Source: a virus. Taken from it: a stretch of DNA of 64,000 nucleotides. Below the pieces are notes generated by a model. The model did no database searches, was not told where the DNA came from, and saw only the letters and a list, made by a program, of their open reading frames with translations. The translations under genes and the position numbers were made by a program. Within the stretch, counting starts at the first letter, position 1; each line of letters starts with the position of its first letter. Positions 24,565 to 33,755 of the stretch are shown here, in pieces. The stretch lies in IMG/VR virus record IMGVR_UViG_3300045988_066710, one strand, 5' to 3'.

Positions 24565-25054
24565 TAAGAAGATTAGGAATGCTACTGTAAATAAACAAGG
24601 TAATATTACCTTTAAAAGTATATTGGAGAAAACCTGTTTCAATACATTAATTGAGGCAGGTTTTAATCCTCTATATGAACCTAAGAAACATGTAGTATTT
24701 CCTTCATTTAAACCTATTACTCCTTTTTATGATAAGGAAACAGATTCTCAACATGAAAAGAGAGTAAAAGAGTTAGGTAAACCTTCACCTAAATTACTTA
24801 GATTATGTGATGGACTTATACAGCCTATTACATATTTACCTGACATATATCTTAAATATAAAGATATAGATGTATGGATAGAATGTAAGGGATTCTCAAA
24901 TGAAGTTTTTCCATATAAAAGAAAACTATTTAGGAAATACCTTGATAATATTCTTACTGCTACAGGACAAAAGAGTATTTATTTTGAAGTTTATAGTAAA
25001 AAACAGCTTTTACAAGCTATAGAAATATTTAAAGAATATGCTGAAAAGTCTTAA
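24551..25054 (+). CDS. T7 endonuclease I-like Holliday-junction resolvase (PD-(D/E)XK)
   Basis: 167-aa ORF. ITYLPDIYLKYKDIDVWIECKGFSNEVFPYKRKLFRKYL parallels the T7 endo I YTPDF...FVETKG...KK core as I recall it. Confidence 0.7.
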   Translation: MANVNKKIRNATVNKQGNITFKSILEKTCFNTLIEAGFNPLYEPKKHVVFPSFKPITPFYDKETDSQHEKRVKELGKPSPKLLRLCDGLIQPITYLPDIYLKYKDIDVWIECKGFSNEVFPYKRKLFRKYLDNILTATGQKSIYFEVYSKKQLLQAIEIFKEYAEKS

Positions 25055-26084
25055 AGATATATCTTGGTTAGTGACAGAAGAAACCTATAGAGCTGATAAA
25101 GCTCTTAGTTATTCTACTATATCTAAATTTAAGAGAGAAGGATTTGAACATTTAGATACATTATTTGATAAGGTTGAAAGTCCTTCTTTATTGTTAGGTT
25201 CTTTAGTAGATTGTTTAACTACTGACCCTCCTGAAGAATATGAAAGAAGGTATTTAGTAGCAGAATTCCCTCCTATTACTGATAAAGTAGAAACTATTGT
25301 AAAATCTTTATTTAATAGTTATTCAAGTACTTATGATTCATTATATAAGATACCAGATAATCTTATTATAGATTCTACAAATATTAATGGATTTCAGTTA
25401 AATTGGAAACCAGAAACTAGAGCAAAAGTAATTAAGGAAAAAGCATCTGATTACTATAATTTATTGTACTTAGCTAAAGATAAAATCTTAATAAGTACAG
25501 AACTTAATGATATAGCACATCAGATGGCTAATGCTCTTATTGAAAGTTCTCAAACTGCATTATATTTTAAAAAGAATAATCCTTTTGATGATTGTGAAAA
25601 TCTTTATCAATTAAAGTTTAAAGCAGAAATAGATGGTGTTCCTTATAGATGCATGATAGACGCTTGTAGAATAAATTATAAAGATAAGACTATTCAACCT
25701 ATAGATGTAAAGACATCATATAAACCTACATATAATTTCTATAAGTCATTTATAGAGTGGAATTATGCATATCAATGTAGATTATATGCAAGAATTCTTA
25801 AACTTAATATTGAAAAAGATGAATACTTTAAAGACTTCACAATTTTACCTTATAAAGATATAGTAATTTCTAAGTCTAATATGATTCCACTTGTATGGGA
25901 TTGTGATTTTACTTTTGTAGAAGGTACATTATATCTTGGTAAAAATAATCAAATTAAACTTGAAGCACCTTGGGAAGTAGGTAAAGAACTTTGGTATTAT
26001 ATCTCTACAGGAGCCACAGTTCCTATGGGAATAAATATTGAAAGTTCAAATGATTTGAGAACTTGGATAGATAAAATGGAATAA
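25038..26084 (+). CDS. PD-(D/E)XK (RecB/Cas4-like) nuclease, probable recombination exonuclease
   Basis: 348-aa ORF with CMIDACRINYKDKTIQPIDVKTSYKP (D ... D-x-K) and YAYQCRLYARIL (QxxxY). Confidence 0.65.
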   Translation: MLKSLKDISWLVTEETYRADKALSYSTISKFKREGFEHLDTLFDKVESPSLLLGSLVDCLTTDPPEEYERRYLVAEFPPITDKVETIVKSLFNSYSSTYDSLYKIPDNLIIDSTNINGFQLNWKPETRAKVIKEKASDYYNLLYLAKDKILISTELNDIAHQMANALIESSQTALYFKKNNPFDDCENLYQLKFKAEIDGVPYRCMIDACRINYKDKTIQPIDVKTSYKPTYNFYKSFIEWNYAYQCRLYARILKLNIEKDEYFKDFTILPYKDIVISKSNMIPLVWDCDFTFVEGTLYLGKNNQIKLEAPWEVGKELWYYISTGATVPMGINIESSNDLRTWIDKME

Positions 26085-26103
26085 TGTTTAATTAAAATAA
26101 TAT

Positions 26104-28221
26104 ATGACATATGTAATAAAAAGAGATGGTAGTAAAGTTAAATGGGATTCAAATAAAATAGTAAATGCTATTAGGAAGGCTTTTGAGTCCTGTAAGGAAG
26201 AAGACAAATTTAATGAGAATGAGTTTAAAGAATTTGCTAATAACTTTACTGCTGATACTATTGATATTGAAAGTATTCAAGATACAGTAGAATATTATCT
26301 TATGGGTAATTATCCTAATATTGCTAAAGCTTATATTATACGTAGAAAAGAAAGAGCTAAAATAAGGGACTTTAAGTATAATAAAACTTACTATAATACA
26401 GTATTAGGTCTTCTTAATGGAGAAACTAATGATGTTAGTAAAGAAAATGCTAATAAAGACCCTAAACAATTCTTTACTATGAGAGATTTAGTAGCAGGAG
26501 AAACCTGTAAGAAAATATATAAGGATTTCATTATGGATCCTAAATTGCTTGAATTACATAATAAAGGTATTATTCATGTACATGATACTGATTATAGAGC
26601 TATGAAAGGAATGACAAATTGTTGTCTTATAAATCTTAAAGATATGCTTATTAATGGTACTTGTGTACAGGGTAAAAGAATTCATGATATTCATTCTTTA
26701 ATTGTAGCTTCTAATGTTACTACTCAGATAATTGCAGCAGTAGGAAGCAGTCAATATGGAGGTATTACTATTGATATTTCTCATTTATCTCCTTTTATTG
26801 AAAGAAGTAAAATTAAGTATAGAGATATTTTTAAAGAACTTGATAGTCCTATACAGGAGAAATATGTAAATACTTTCATTAAAAAAGAAATAGTAGATTC
26901 TATTCAACTTATTCAATATCAACTTAATACTTTAACTACTACTAATGGTCAAAGTCCTTTTATTACAATAGCTTGTAATACTAATGGTCAGAATGATGAA
27001 TATCCTGAATATACTGCAATGCTTATTGAAGAATTCTTGAAACAGAGAATTAAAGGTATGGAAGGACCAAATGGTAATAATATTAATCCTTCTTTTCCTA
27101 AGATTGTATATATACTTACTGAAAATAATATTAAAGAAGGAACTAAATATTATTACCTTACTAAACTTGCAGCAAAGTGTACAGCTAAAAGAATGGTTCC
27201 AGATTGTATGTCTGAGAAGATTTGTAAGCAATATAAAGAAGGTAGAGTAATCCCTCCTATGGGTTGTAGGTCTATACTTACTCCTTGGAAGAATAAAGAA
27301 GGAAATTATCAGGAATTTGGTAGATTTAATATAGGAGTATTTAGTATTAATCTTCCTTATTTAGCACTAGATTCTACTACAATAGAAGAATTTAAAGAGA
27401 AACTTGTTGATATGATAGATTTTCTATCAGAGCAACAATATAAAGTATACAAAACTATATGTAACCAACCAGTAGATATAGCACCAATTCTATGGATGGA
27501 TGGAGCTTTCTTTAGAGCTAAATCTGGACAGAAGATAGGAGAAATCTTACCTAAAGGTTATTGTACTGCATCTATTGGTTATATTGGTTTAGCAGAATGT
27601 GCTTATAGATTTAATATTGACTATCCTACAGAAGAAGGACAGAAATTTGGATTAGATATTATGAAAGTATTCTATGATAGAGTACAATTTAATGCTAAGA
27701 AATATGAACTTTCTTTAAGTATTTATGGTACTCCTGCTGAAAATACTACTACTACTTTTGCTAAAGCTTTAAAAGTATTTCCTACTATTAAGAATGTTAA
27801 TGATAAAAATTATGTAACTAATAGTTATCATGTTCCTGTATGGTATAATATAGATGGTTATAACAAAATTAAATTTGAAGCTCCTTTTCAAAAATATAGT
27901 TCAGGAGGTTGTATTTCTTATATAGAAATGCCAGATATTAATCACAATACAGAAAGTGTACTTAATATAATGCAGTATATTTATGACCATATGATGTATT
28001 GTGAATTAAATACTACTTCTTGTGATGTATGTTATAAATGTGGTTATCATGGTCAAATAGAATTATTAGGAGATAATAATTTTAGATGTCCTAATTGTGG
28101 TAATACTAATAGTTTATCTTTATATGTTCAACGTAGATTATGTGGTTATCTAGGCACATTAACTAATGGTACTTCTATTGGTAGAGAAGGAGATATTATG
28201 GATAGAGTAAAACACTTTTAA
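26104..28221 (+). CDS. nrdD: anaerobic (class III) ribonucleoside-triphosphate reductase
   Basis: 705-aa ORF with an N-terminal ATP-cone (VIKRDGSKVKWDSNKIVNAIRKAFE), a C-terminal Zn ribbon (CDVCYKCG ... CPNCG) and the glycyl-radical motif RRLCGYLG. Confidence 0.9.
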   Translation: MTYVIKRDGSKVKWDSNKIVNAIRKAFESCKEEDKFNENEFKEFANNFTADTIDIESIQDTVEYYLMGNYPNIAKAYIIRRKERAKIRDFKYNKTYYNTVLGLLNGETNDVSKENANKDPKQFFTMRDLVAGETCKKIYKDFIMDPKLLELHNKGIIHVHDTDYRAMKGMTNCCLINLKDMLINGTCVQGKRIHDIHSLIVASNVTTQIIAAVGSSQYGGITIDISHLSPFIERSKIKYRDIFKELDSPIQEKYVNTFIKKEIVDSIQLIQYQLNTLTTTNGQSPFITIACNTNGQNDEYPEYTAMLIEEFLKQRIKGMEGPNGNNINPSFPKIVYILTENNIKEGTKYYYLTKLAAKCTAKRMVPDCMSEKICKQYKEGRVIPPMGCRSILTPWKNKEGNYQEFGRFNIGVFSINLPYLALDSTTIEEFKEKLVDMIDFLSEQQYKVYKTICNQPVDIAPILWMDGAFFRAKSGQKIGEILPKGYCTASIGYIGLAECAYRFNIDYPTEEGQKFGLDIMKVFYDRVQFNAKKYELSLSIYGTPAENTTTTFAKALKVFPTIKNVNDKNYVTNSYHVPVWYNIDGYNKIKFEAPFQKYSSGGCISYIEMPDINHNTESVLNIMQYIYDHMMYCELNTTSCDVCYKCGYHGQIELLGDNNFRCPNCGNTNSLSLYVQRRLCGYLGTLTNGTSIGREGDIMDRVKHF

Positions 28222-28222
28222 T

Positions 28223-28795
28223 ATGAATATAATTGATTTAAAACAATATGATGTAATTAATGGTTTAGGAATAAGAACTTCTATATGGTTTGCAGGTTGT
28301 AGTAATCATTGTGAAGGTTGCTGGTCTCCTAATACTTGGAATCCAAATCAAGGTAAGACATTAAAAGATTGTTTATCTAGAATTGAAGAGTATCTTAAAG
28401 ATGAAAAGACTGATGGTGTATCTATATTAGGAGGAGACCCACTCTATTCTATCTTCTCTGGTATAGGAGCCTCAGAATTAATCCAACTGCTTAAATTATG
28501 TAAATCATATAATAAGAATATATGGCTTTGGACAGGATATACTCTAGATAAAATTGTAGAGAAATGTCCTGAAGTATTAGGTTATATTGATGTACTTATT
28601 GATGGTAAATATATTAAGGAGAAAAGAGATTTAAATCTTTATTTTAGAGGTTCTAGAAATCAAAGAATCATATTCTTTGATAAGCCTAAAGAAGAATATA
28701 AATTTAAGTATTATGTAGCTACTTATGTTAATGATATTAGTATTGGGGGTCCACATTATTTAATGACAGAATATAATAAAGAAAGTTTATTATGA
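28223..28795 (+). CDS. nrdG: anaerobic RNR activating enzyme (radical SAM)
   Basis: 190-aa ORF containing NGLGIRTSIWFAGCSNHCEGCWSPNTW (CxxxCxxC) and ILGGDP. Confidence 0.85.
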   Translation: MNIIDLKQYDVINGLGIRTSIWFAGCSNHCEGCWSPNTWNPNQGKTLKDCLSRIEEYLKDEKTDGVSILGGDPLYSIFSGIGASELIQLLKLCKSYNKNIWLWTGYTLDKIVEKCPEVLGYIDVLIDGKYIKEKRDLNLYFRGSRNQRIIFFDKPKEEYKFKYYVATYVNDISIGGPHYLMTEYNKESLL

Positions 28796-29166
28796 TACAA
28801 TCTAAAAGAATAGGTGTATTAGAATTTAGGGAGGCTAGTTATGTAGATAACAAGCCTCCTTTTGTATCTTATGATATAGTTAAATGGTATCCTAATCTTT
28901 ATTATGGTAAGGAAAATGAATATATAAAACTAAATCATGAATTTTATTGTTATCCTAAGAATACTGGTTGTAGAATACATAAGGATTTATTTAAAAGTAA
29001 AGAATTATGTATAGTATTAGCTACTTTTAGATATGATTATCAAGAAGAATGCTATAATTTTGAATTTATAGGAGACAAACCCCTACAATTAGATACTTGG
29101 GATAATTTTAAAGAGTTAGTTAAATATGGATTTGAGCAATTAAATCCTCAATGGTATGAAAAATGA
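28792..29166 (+). CDS. hypothetical protein between the two activase-like genes
   Basis: 124-aa ORF with ATGA overlaps on both sides. Confidence 0.55.
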   Translation: MIQSKRIGVLEFREASYVDNKPPFVSYDIVKWYPNLYYGKENEYIKLNHEFYCYPKNTGCRIHKDLFKSKELCIVLATFRYDYQEECYNFEFIGDKPLQLDTWDNFKELVKYGFEQLNPQWYEK

Positions 29167-29660
29167 AATATCAATATGCAAAAGTAACATTTCAAGAAAT
29201 TCCTGATGAAATCACTTTATGTATTGCTATATCTGGATGTAAAGTTCATTGTAAAGACTGTAACCAGAAAAATCTTTGGAAAGATGAAGGTAAAGATTTA
29301 AATATACAGGAATTAGATAATCTTATTAATGCTAATAAAGGTATTACTTGTGTATGCTTTATGGGAGAAGGGGAAGAATTACCTATGTTATGGTACTATA
29401 TTAAGATGACTAAAGAAGATAGTAATCTTAAAACTGCCTTATATATAGGTAGAGACTTTAATATGACTATGAAACTATATGGGGATTTCTTTAGTTGTTT
29501 AGATTATCTTAAAGTAGGTTCCTATATATCTAATCTAGGAGGTTTAGATTCAAAGACTACTAATCAAAGATTATATAGTCTTAAAGGAATAAAAACAGAA
29601 GGAGAGTTTACAGATTATGAAACTGTCTTTACTGATATAACTTATAAATTACAAAAATAG
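29163..29660 (+). CDS. second NrdG-like radical SAM activase paralog
   Basis: 165-aa ORF containing LCIAISGCKVHCKDCNQKNLW (CxxxCxxC) and CFMGEGE, with an architecture like a shortened NrdG. Confidence 0.6.
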   Translation: MKYQYAKVTFQEIPDEITLCIAISGCKVHCKDCNQKNLWKDEGKDLNIQELDNLINANKGITCVCFMGEGEELPMLWYYIKMTKEDSNLKTALYIGRDFNMTMKLYGDFFSCLDYLKVGSYISNLGGLDSKTTNQRLYSLKGIKTEGEFTDYETVFTDITYKLQK

Positions 29661-29684
29661 TTTAATATTTTAAATTAAAAAAGA

Positions 29685-30164
29685 ATGAAATTAAAGATTA
29701 AAGTTAAGGAGATTACTAAAGGCTGTATGCCAGAAATCATTGAACAGGGTGATTGGATTGATTTAAAACTTGCAGAAGATGTAAGATTTACAGGTCCAGA
29801 AGTACAATCTAGAAAGATTAAATATCTTCCTTTAGGTATTGCTATGGAACTTCCTAAAGGATTTGAAGCTTATGTACTTCCTAGAAGTTCTACACCTAAT
29901 AAGTGGAATATTGAACTTGCTAATTCTCAAGGAATTATTGATGAGTCCTATAAGGGAAATGATGATGAATGGAGATATATTGCTAAAGCATTTAAAGCTG
30001 TGGAAATTCCAAAGGGTACTAGAATTTGTCAATTTAGGATTATGCCTAAGATGAATGCAAGTATTTTAACTAAGCTTAAATGGTTATTTAGTAATGGTGT
30101 AGAGCTTATTAAGGTAGATAATCTTAATAATGATAATAGAGGGGGTATTGGTAGTACAAACTAA
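29685..30164 (+). CDS. dut: trimeric dUTPase
   Basis: 159-aa ORF with all five motifs: GDWIDL, PRSS, GIIDESYKGNDDEW, RICQF and RGGIGSTN. Confidence 0.9.
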   Translation: MKLKIKVKEITKGCMPEIIEQGDWIDLKLAEDVRFTGPEVQSRKIKYLPLGIAMELPKGFEAYVLPRSSTPNKWNIELANSQGIIDESYKGNDDEWRYIAKAFKAVEIPKGTRICQFRIMPKMNASILTKLKWLFSNGVELIKVDNLNNDNRGGIGSTN

Positions 30165-30652
30165 TGATTTATATTGGTATTAGTATTATTGTTCTTTTAG
30201 CAGTTATGGGAGCATACATTATGTATGCTGCCTATGCTAAAGGTAAAGATGTAATGTCTTTTAAACAATCAATAGAATTATGTGATCTACCAATAATAAC
30301 ATTCTATATTGGAGAAAAGAAATTAAACTTTATATTAGATACAGGCTGTATACAATCTATGCTTGATGCTGATATTATAGATAAATATAAATTAAATGTT
30401 TCCTATATTGGAAAAAACTTTGAAGTATGGGGAGCTAACGGTAAATGTTCTACAGATAAAATGGGTGTTTTAGGTCTTTATTATAATAATAAGAAATTTG
30501 AAGAAACATTTGTTTGTAGTAGTACAATTAAACATACATTTAGTTGGCTTAAGCAGAATAAAGGTGTAATAGTACATGGTTTATTAGGTTCTAATTTCTT
30601 TAATACATATAAATATATATTAGATTTTAATAAATTAGAATTTAAAAGATGA
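30164..30652 (+). CDS. membrane-anchored retropepsin-like aspartic protease
   Basis: 162-aa ORF with an N-terminal TM helix (IYIGISIIVLLAVMGAYIMYAAYA), the catalytic LNFILDTGCIQSML (D-T-G) and the downstream VHGLLGSNFF (hhGxDFL-like) motif of clan AA retropepsins. Confidence 0.65.
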   Translation: MIYIGISIIVLLAVMGAYIMYAAYAKGKDVMSFKQSIELCDLPIITFYIGEKKLNFILDTGCIQSMLDADIIDKYKLNVSYIGKNFEVWGANGKCSTDKMGVLGLYYNNKKFEETFVCSSTIKHTFSWLKQNKGVIVHGLLGSNFFNTYKYILDFNKLEFKR

Positions 30653-32526
30653 TAATTAAGGATTTAATAGTTCAAGTATATGATATAGAAATATTTCCTA
30701 ACTGTTTTAGTTTGACTATTAAAAATACTGAAACAAAAGAATTTCAATTTTTTGAGTTATCTAATAGAAAGAATAATTTAGTTGATTTAGTGCCTCTTTT
30801 TCTTGATAAAAGATATATATTTTGTGGATATAATAATATCCACTATGATAATCCAATAGTTAATTTTATAATTGAATATAAAGAAACATTAAAAAAGAGT
30901 ACTAGGTTAGATATAGAATATAACTTATTTCAATTAAGTCAAACTATTATCAAAGGTGATTTAGAGAAATGGAAAAGATGGAAATATGCTAATAACTTTG
31001 AAACGTTAGATTTGCTTACAATGTTATTTTCACAGAAACTTAGAGTTGGTTTGAAAGAAATGCAAGTTACTATGAAATATTCTAATGTACAAGAATATGA
31101 TGGTGATTTTGAGGCTCCTATACCAGAAGAGGATATTCCAAAGATGATACAATATAATATTAATGATGTTAATTCAACTGAGGAATTACTTTATAGATGT
31201 GAAAATGATATTAAATTGAGACTTAATATTGAGGAAGAATATGGAATTAAAGCTTTAAATAAAGATGGTGTTAATCTAGGTATGGAGATTCTTAAAACTA
31301 AATATCTAGAGAAAACACATAAAACTTGGAATGATATAAAAGATTTAAGAAGTCCTTGTGATAAGATAGCATTAAATGAAATTATTCTTCCTTTTATTAA
31401 GTTTGATAATCCTATACTAAAAGATTTACTTAATGAAATGAAACAACAAGTTGTTTCTCCTGATAGAAAAGGTTATAATAAACATTTTCTTATGGATAAT
31501 CTTGAGTATTCTGTTGGAGTAGGAGGTATTCATTCTGTTAATAAACCTAGTATATTTATTGCCAAAGAAGATGAAGTAATTTCAGATGTGGATGTTGCCT
31601 CATTGTATCCAAGTCTTATTATTGAATATGGCTTTTATCCTCCTCATCTTGGTAAAGAATTTCTTGAAGTATATAAAGGAATTAAAGATGAAAGAATTGA
31701 AGCTAAACATAATGGTAATAAGCTTAAGAACTTAACATTAAAGTTAAGTATTAATGGATTAAGTGGTAATCTTCAATCAGAGTTTTCTTGGTGTTATTCT
31801 CCTAAGACAGTAATGAGAATTAGAATTAATGGACAGCTTTTATTATTAATGTTAGCTGAAAAGTTAATATCAATAGGTTGCCAGATTATTCAAGCAAATA
31901 CTGATGGTTTATTTGTTCTTAGAAAAAAGAAAGATGAACAGAAATTTAAGGATGTATGTAAATGGTGGGAAAATCTTACTAGACTAGAACTTGAAGAAGA
32001 TAGATTTGAAAGATTTTATCAATTTGCTATTAATGATTATTTAGGTGTTATTGAAGGATATAAAGATAGTAAAAATCCTAAATTATTAAAGAAAAAAGGT
32101 TTATTTATTGATAGTGTAACTTTAGGTAAAGGTATGCAACCAATGATTATTCCTAAAGCAATTAATGCTAATTTAGCTGATAATATACCTGTAGAAGAAA
32201 CTATTAGAAATTGTAAGGATATTAATGAATTTATTACATATCAAAAAGTAGATAAAAAGTTTGCTGTACAATATATGAATAAGTTTATTACTCATATTAA
32301 TAGATATTATGTATCTACTAATGGTGGTTATCTTTATAAATGTGAAGTAGAAGGTAATAAAATAGTAAAATTTGCTAATATGCTTACAGCATCTGGAGTT
32401 ACATTATGTAATGATATTACAGCTATAAAAGAATTCCCTAAAAATATTAACTATAAATATTATATTAAAGAAGCAAATAAAATCTTAGCTAAATTGAAAA
32501 TTCAAGAACAAGGATTATTTTGGTAA
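30649..32526 (+). CDS. family B DNA polymerase with 3'-5' exonuclease domain
   Basis: 625-aa ORF with Exo I VYDIEIF, Exo II GYNNIHYDNPIV, Exo III QYNINDV, Pol A DVASLYPSLI, Pol B KLSINGLSGN and Pol C QANTDGLFV. Confidence 0.85.
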   Translation: MIIKDLIVQVYDIEIFPNCFSLTIKNTETKEFQFFELSNRKNNLVDLVPLFLDKRYIFCGYNNIHYDNPIVNFIIEYKETLKKSTRLDIEYNLFQLSQTIIKGDLEKWKRWKYANNFETLDLLTMLFSQKLRVGLKEMQVTMKYSNVQEYDGDFEAPIPEEDIPKMIQYNINDVNSTEELLYRCENDIKLRLNIEEEYGIKALNKDGVNLGMEILKTKYLEKTHKTWNDIKDLRSPCDKIALNEIILPFIKFDNPILKDLLNEMKQQVVSPDRKGYNKHFLMDNLEYSVGVGGIHSVNKPSIFIAKEDEVISDVDVASLYPSLIIEYGFYPPHLGKEFLEVYKGIKDERIEAKHNGNKLKNLTLKLSINGLSGNLQSEFSWCYSPKTVMRIRINGQLLLLMLAEKLISIGCQIIQANTDGLFVLRKKKDEQKFKDVCKWWENLTRLELEEDRFERFYQFAINDYLGVIEGYKDSKNPKLLKKKGLFIDSVTLGKGMQPMIIPKAINANLADNIPVEETIRNCKDINEFITYQKVDKKFAVQYMNKFITHINRYYVSTNGGYLYKCEVEGNKIVKFANMLTASGVTLCNDITAIKEFPKNINYKYYIKEANKILAKLKIQEQGLFW

Positions 32527-32560
32527 TATTCTTCCTCCTTACAGAACCAAAGAGTATTTT
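32525..32560 (+). terminator. weak candidate terminator after the polymerase gene
   Basis: aatattctt (32525-32533) pairs with aagagtatt (32550-32558; one G-U) and runs into TTTT. The loop is large (16 nt). Confidence 0.3.
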
Positions 32561-32581
32561 AACAATTAAATAAATAGTAAT

Positions 32582-33007
32582 ATGATTATTAAAAAAGGAG
32601 ATAAATTCGAATGCATTAAAGATGTTATAATGGATAATAATCCAAAAGATATAGCTTATACTTCAGGTAAAATTTATATTAGTGAATTAGATGGATGTAT
32701 AACAGATGATCAAAATAAAGCTAACCATTATTGGTCTAATGAAGAAAGTGAACAATATTTTATAAAATTACCAAAAAATAAAAAAGAAATGGTTAATCAT
32801 CCTTCTCATTATAAAAATAATAAGTATGAATGTATTGATGTAATGCTTGATATATTTGGTAAAGATAAAACAGCAGCTTTCTGTGAGTTGAATGCTTTTA
32901 AATATCTATGGAGAGCCAATAATAAAGGTACTGATATTCAAGATAAGAAAAAAGCTGAATGGTATATTAATAAATATATTGAATTAAAAGAAAATAAGAA
33001 TGATTAA
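32582..33007 (+). CDS. DUF3310-family phage protein
   Basis: 141-aa ORF. VNHPSHYKNNKYECIDVM ... FCELNAFKYLWRA ... DIQDKKKAEWYI matches the DUF3310 signature as I recall it. Confidence 0.65.
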   Translation: MIIKKGDKFECIKDVIMDNNPKDIAYTSGKIYISELDGCITDDQNKANHYWSNEESEQYFIKLPKNKKEMVNHPSHYKNNKYECIDVMLDIFGKDKTAAFCELNAFKYLWRANNKGTDIQDKKKAEWYINKYIELKENKND

Positions 33008-33413
33008 CTATTTAAATATTTATTTAGTAAAGAAGGAGAGTTCAAAAGATTCTCCTTTATTATTTATGTCTTTTAGTAGAAATCATCCTATTTATAGAGC
33101 AGTAGTAGAAGCTATTGCTCCTATATGGACAGGTTATGAAGATGGCTATACAGAATTGACTTATGATAATTTAACTGAATGTATTAATTCTTTAGATAAA
33201 GAAACTAATCATATTGTAAATAAAATAGTAGAATATGAGAAAGCTGTACTGAAGAATCCTAAAAGTGATATTATTGAACAGTTAATTGAATATAAGGAGA
33301 TTTATAAAGAAATGGAAGAAAATAATCATAATCTTGCATTTATAAGACGGTTTACTAATGATATTATTAATGGATATTCAGATTTTAGTAAGGTATTATG
33401 TAATATAACTTAA
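33000..33413 (+). CDS. hypothetical protein
   Basis: 137-aa ORF that overlaps the upstream stop. Confidence 0.55.
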   Translation: MINYLNIYLVKKESSKDSPLLFMSFSRNHPIYRAVVEAIAPIWTGYEDGYTELTYDNLTECINSLDKETNHIVNKIVEYEKAVLKNPKSDIIEQLIEYKEIYKEMEENNHNLAFIRRFTNDIINGYSDFSKVLCNIT

Positions 33414-33414
33414 T

Positions 33415-33579
33415 ATGACACAAAAAGATAAATTAAGAGAGTCTTTTTTAGCTTTAGTATCCATTAAAAGTACTGCTAATAATATTATAGATTATTGTAG
33501 TGAATATAGTAGTGAAGCTGCTAATTATGCTCAAGAAATTAAACATAAATGTGAAGAAGTTCTTAAATTATTAAAATAA
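33415..33579 (+). CDS. hypothetical small protein (54 aa, below cutoff)
   Basis: Hand translation gives MTQKDKLRESFLALVSIKSTANNIIDYCSEYSSEAANYAQEIKHKCEEVLKLLK. It is tightly packed, starting 2 nt after the upstream stop. Confidence 0.45.
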   Translation: MTQKDKLRESFLALVSIKSTANNIIDYCSEYSSEAANYAQEIKHKCEEVLKLLK

Positions 33580-33755
33580 TGGGAAATAATAGGAAAAGAC
33601 TTATTTATAATATGGCTAAGAAGATATGTGATGCTTATATGACATATACTTGTAGTTGTGCATTTGTTGAAAATAATTTAGTAGATAAAAAAGTATCTCA
33701 GAAGTTTAAAGAACTTAAAGATGCTATTGTAGAACAATCAAATAGTATAAAATGA
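33579..33755 (+). CDS. hypothetical small protein (58 aa, below cutoff)
   Basis: Hand translation gives MGNNRKRLIYNMAKKICDAYMTYTCSCAFVENNLVDKKVSQKFKELKDAIVEQSNSIK. It has a TAATG overlap upstream and an ATGA overlap downstream. Confidence 0.45.
   Translation: MGNNRKRLIYNMAKKICDAYMTYTCSCAFVENNLVDKKVSQKFKELKDAIVEQSNSIK

Noticed and set aside
30649-32526. A protein-primed (phi29-like) family B polymerase, suggested by the small size (625 aa).
   Set aside because: Size alone is insufficient. I could not identify TPR1/TPR2 insertions or a terminal-protein gene, and a primase and helicases are present. It is left as a generic family B polymerase.
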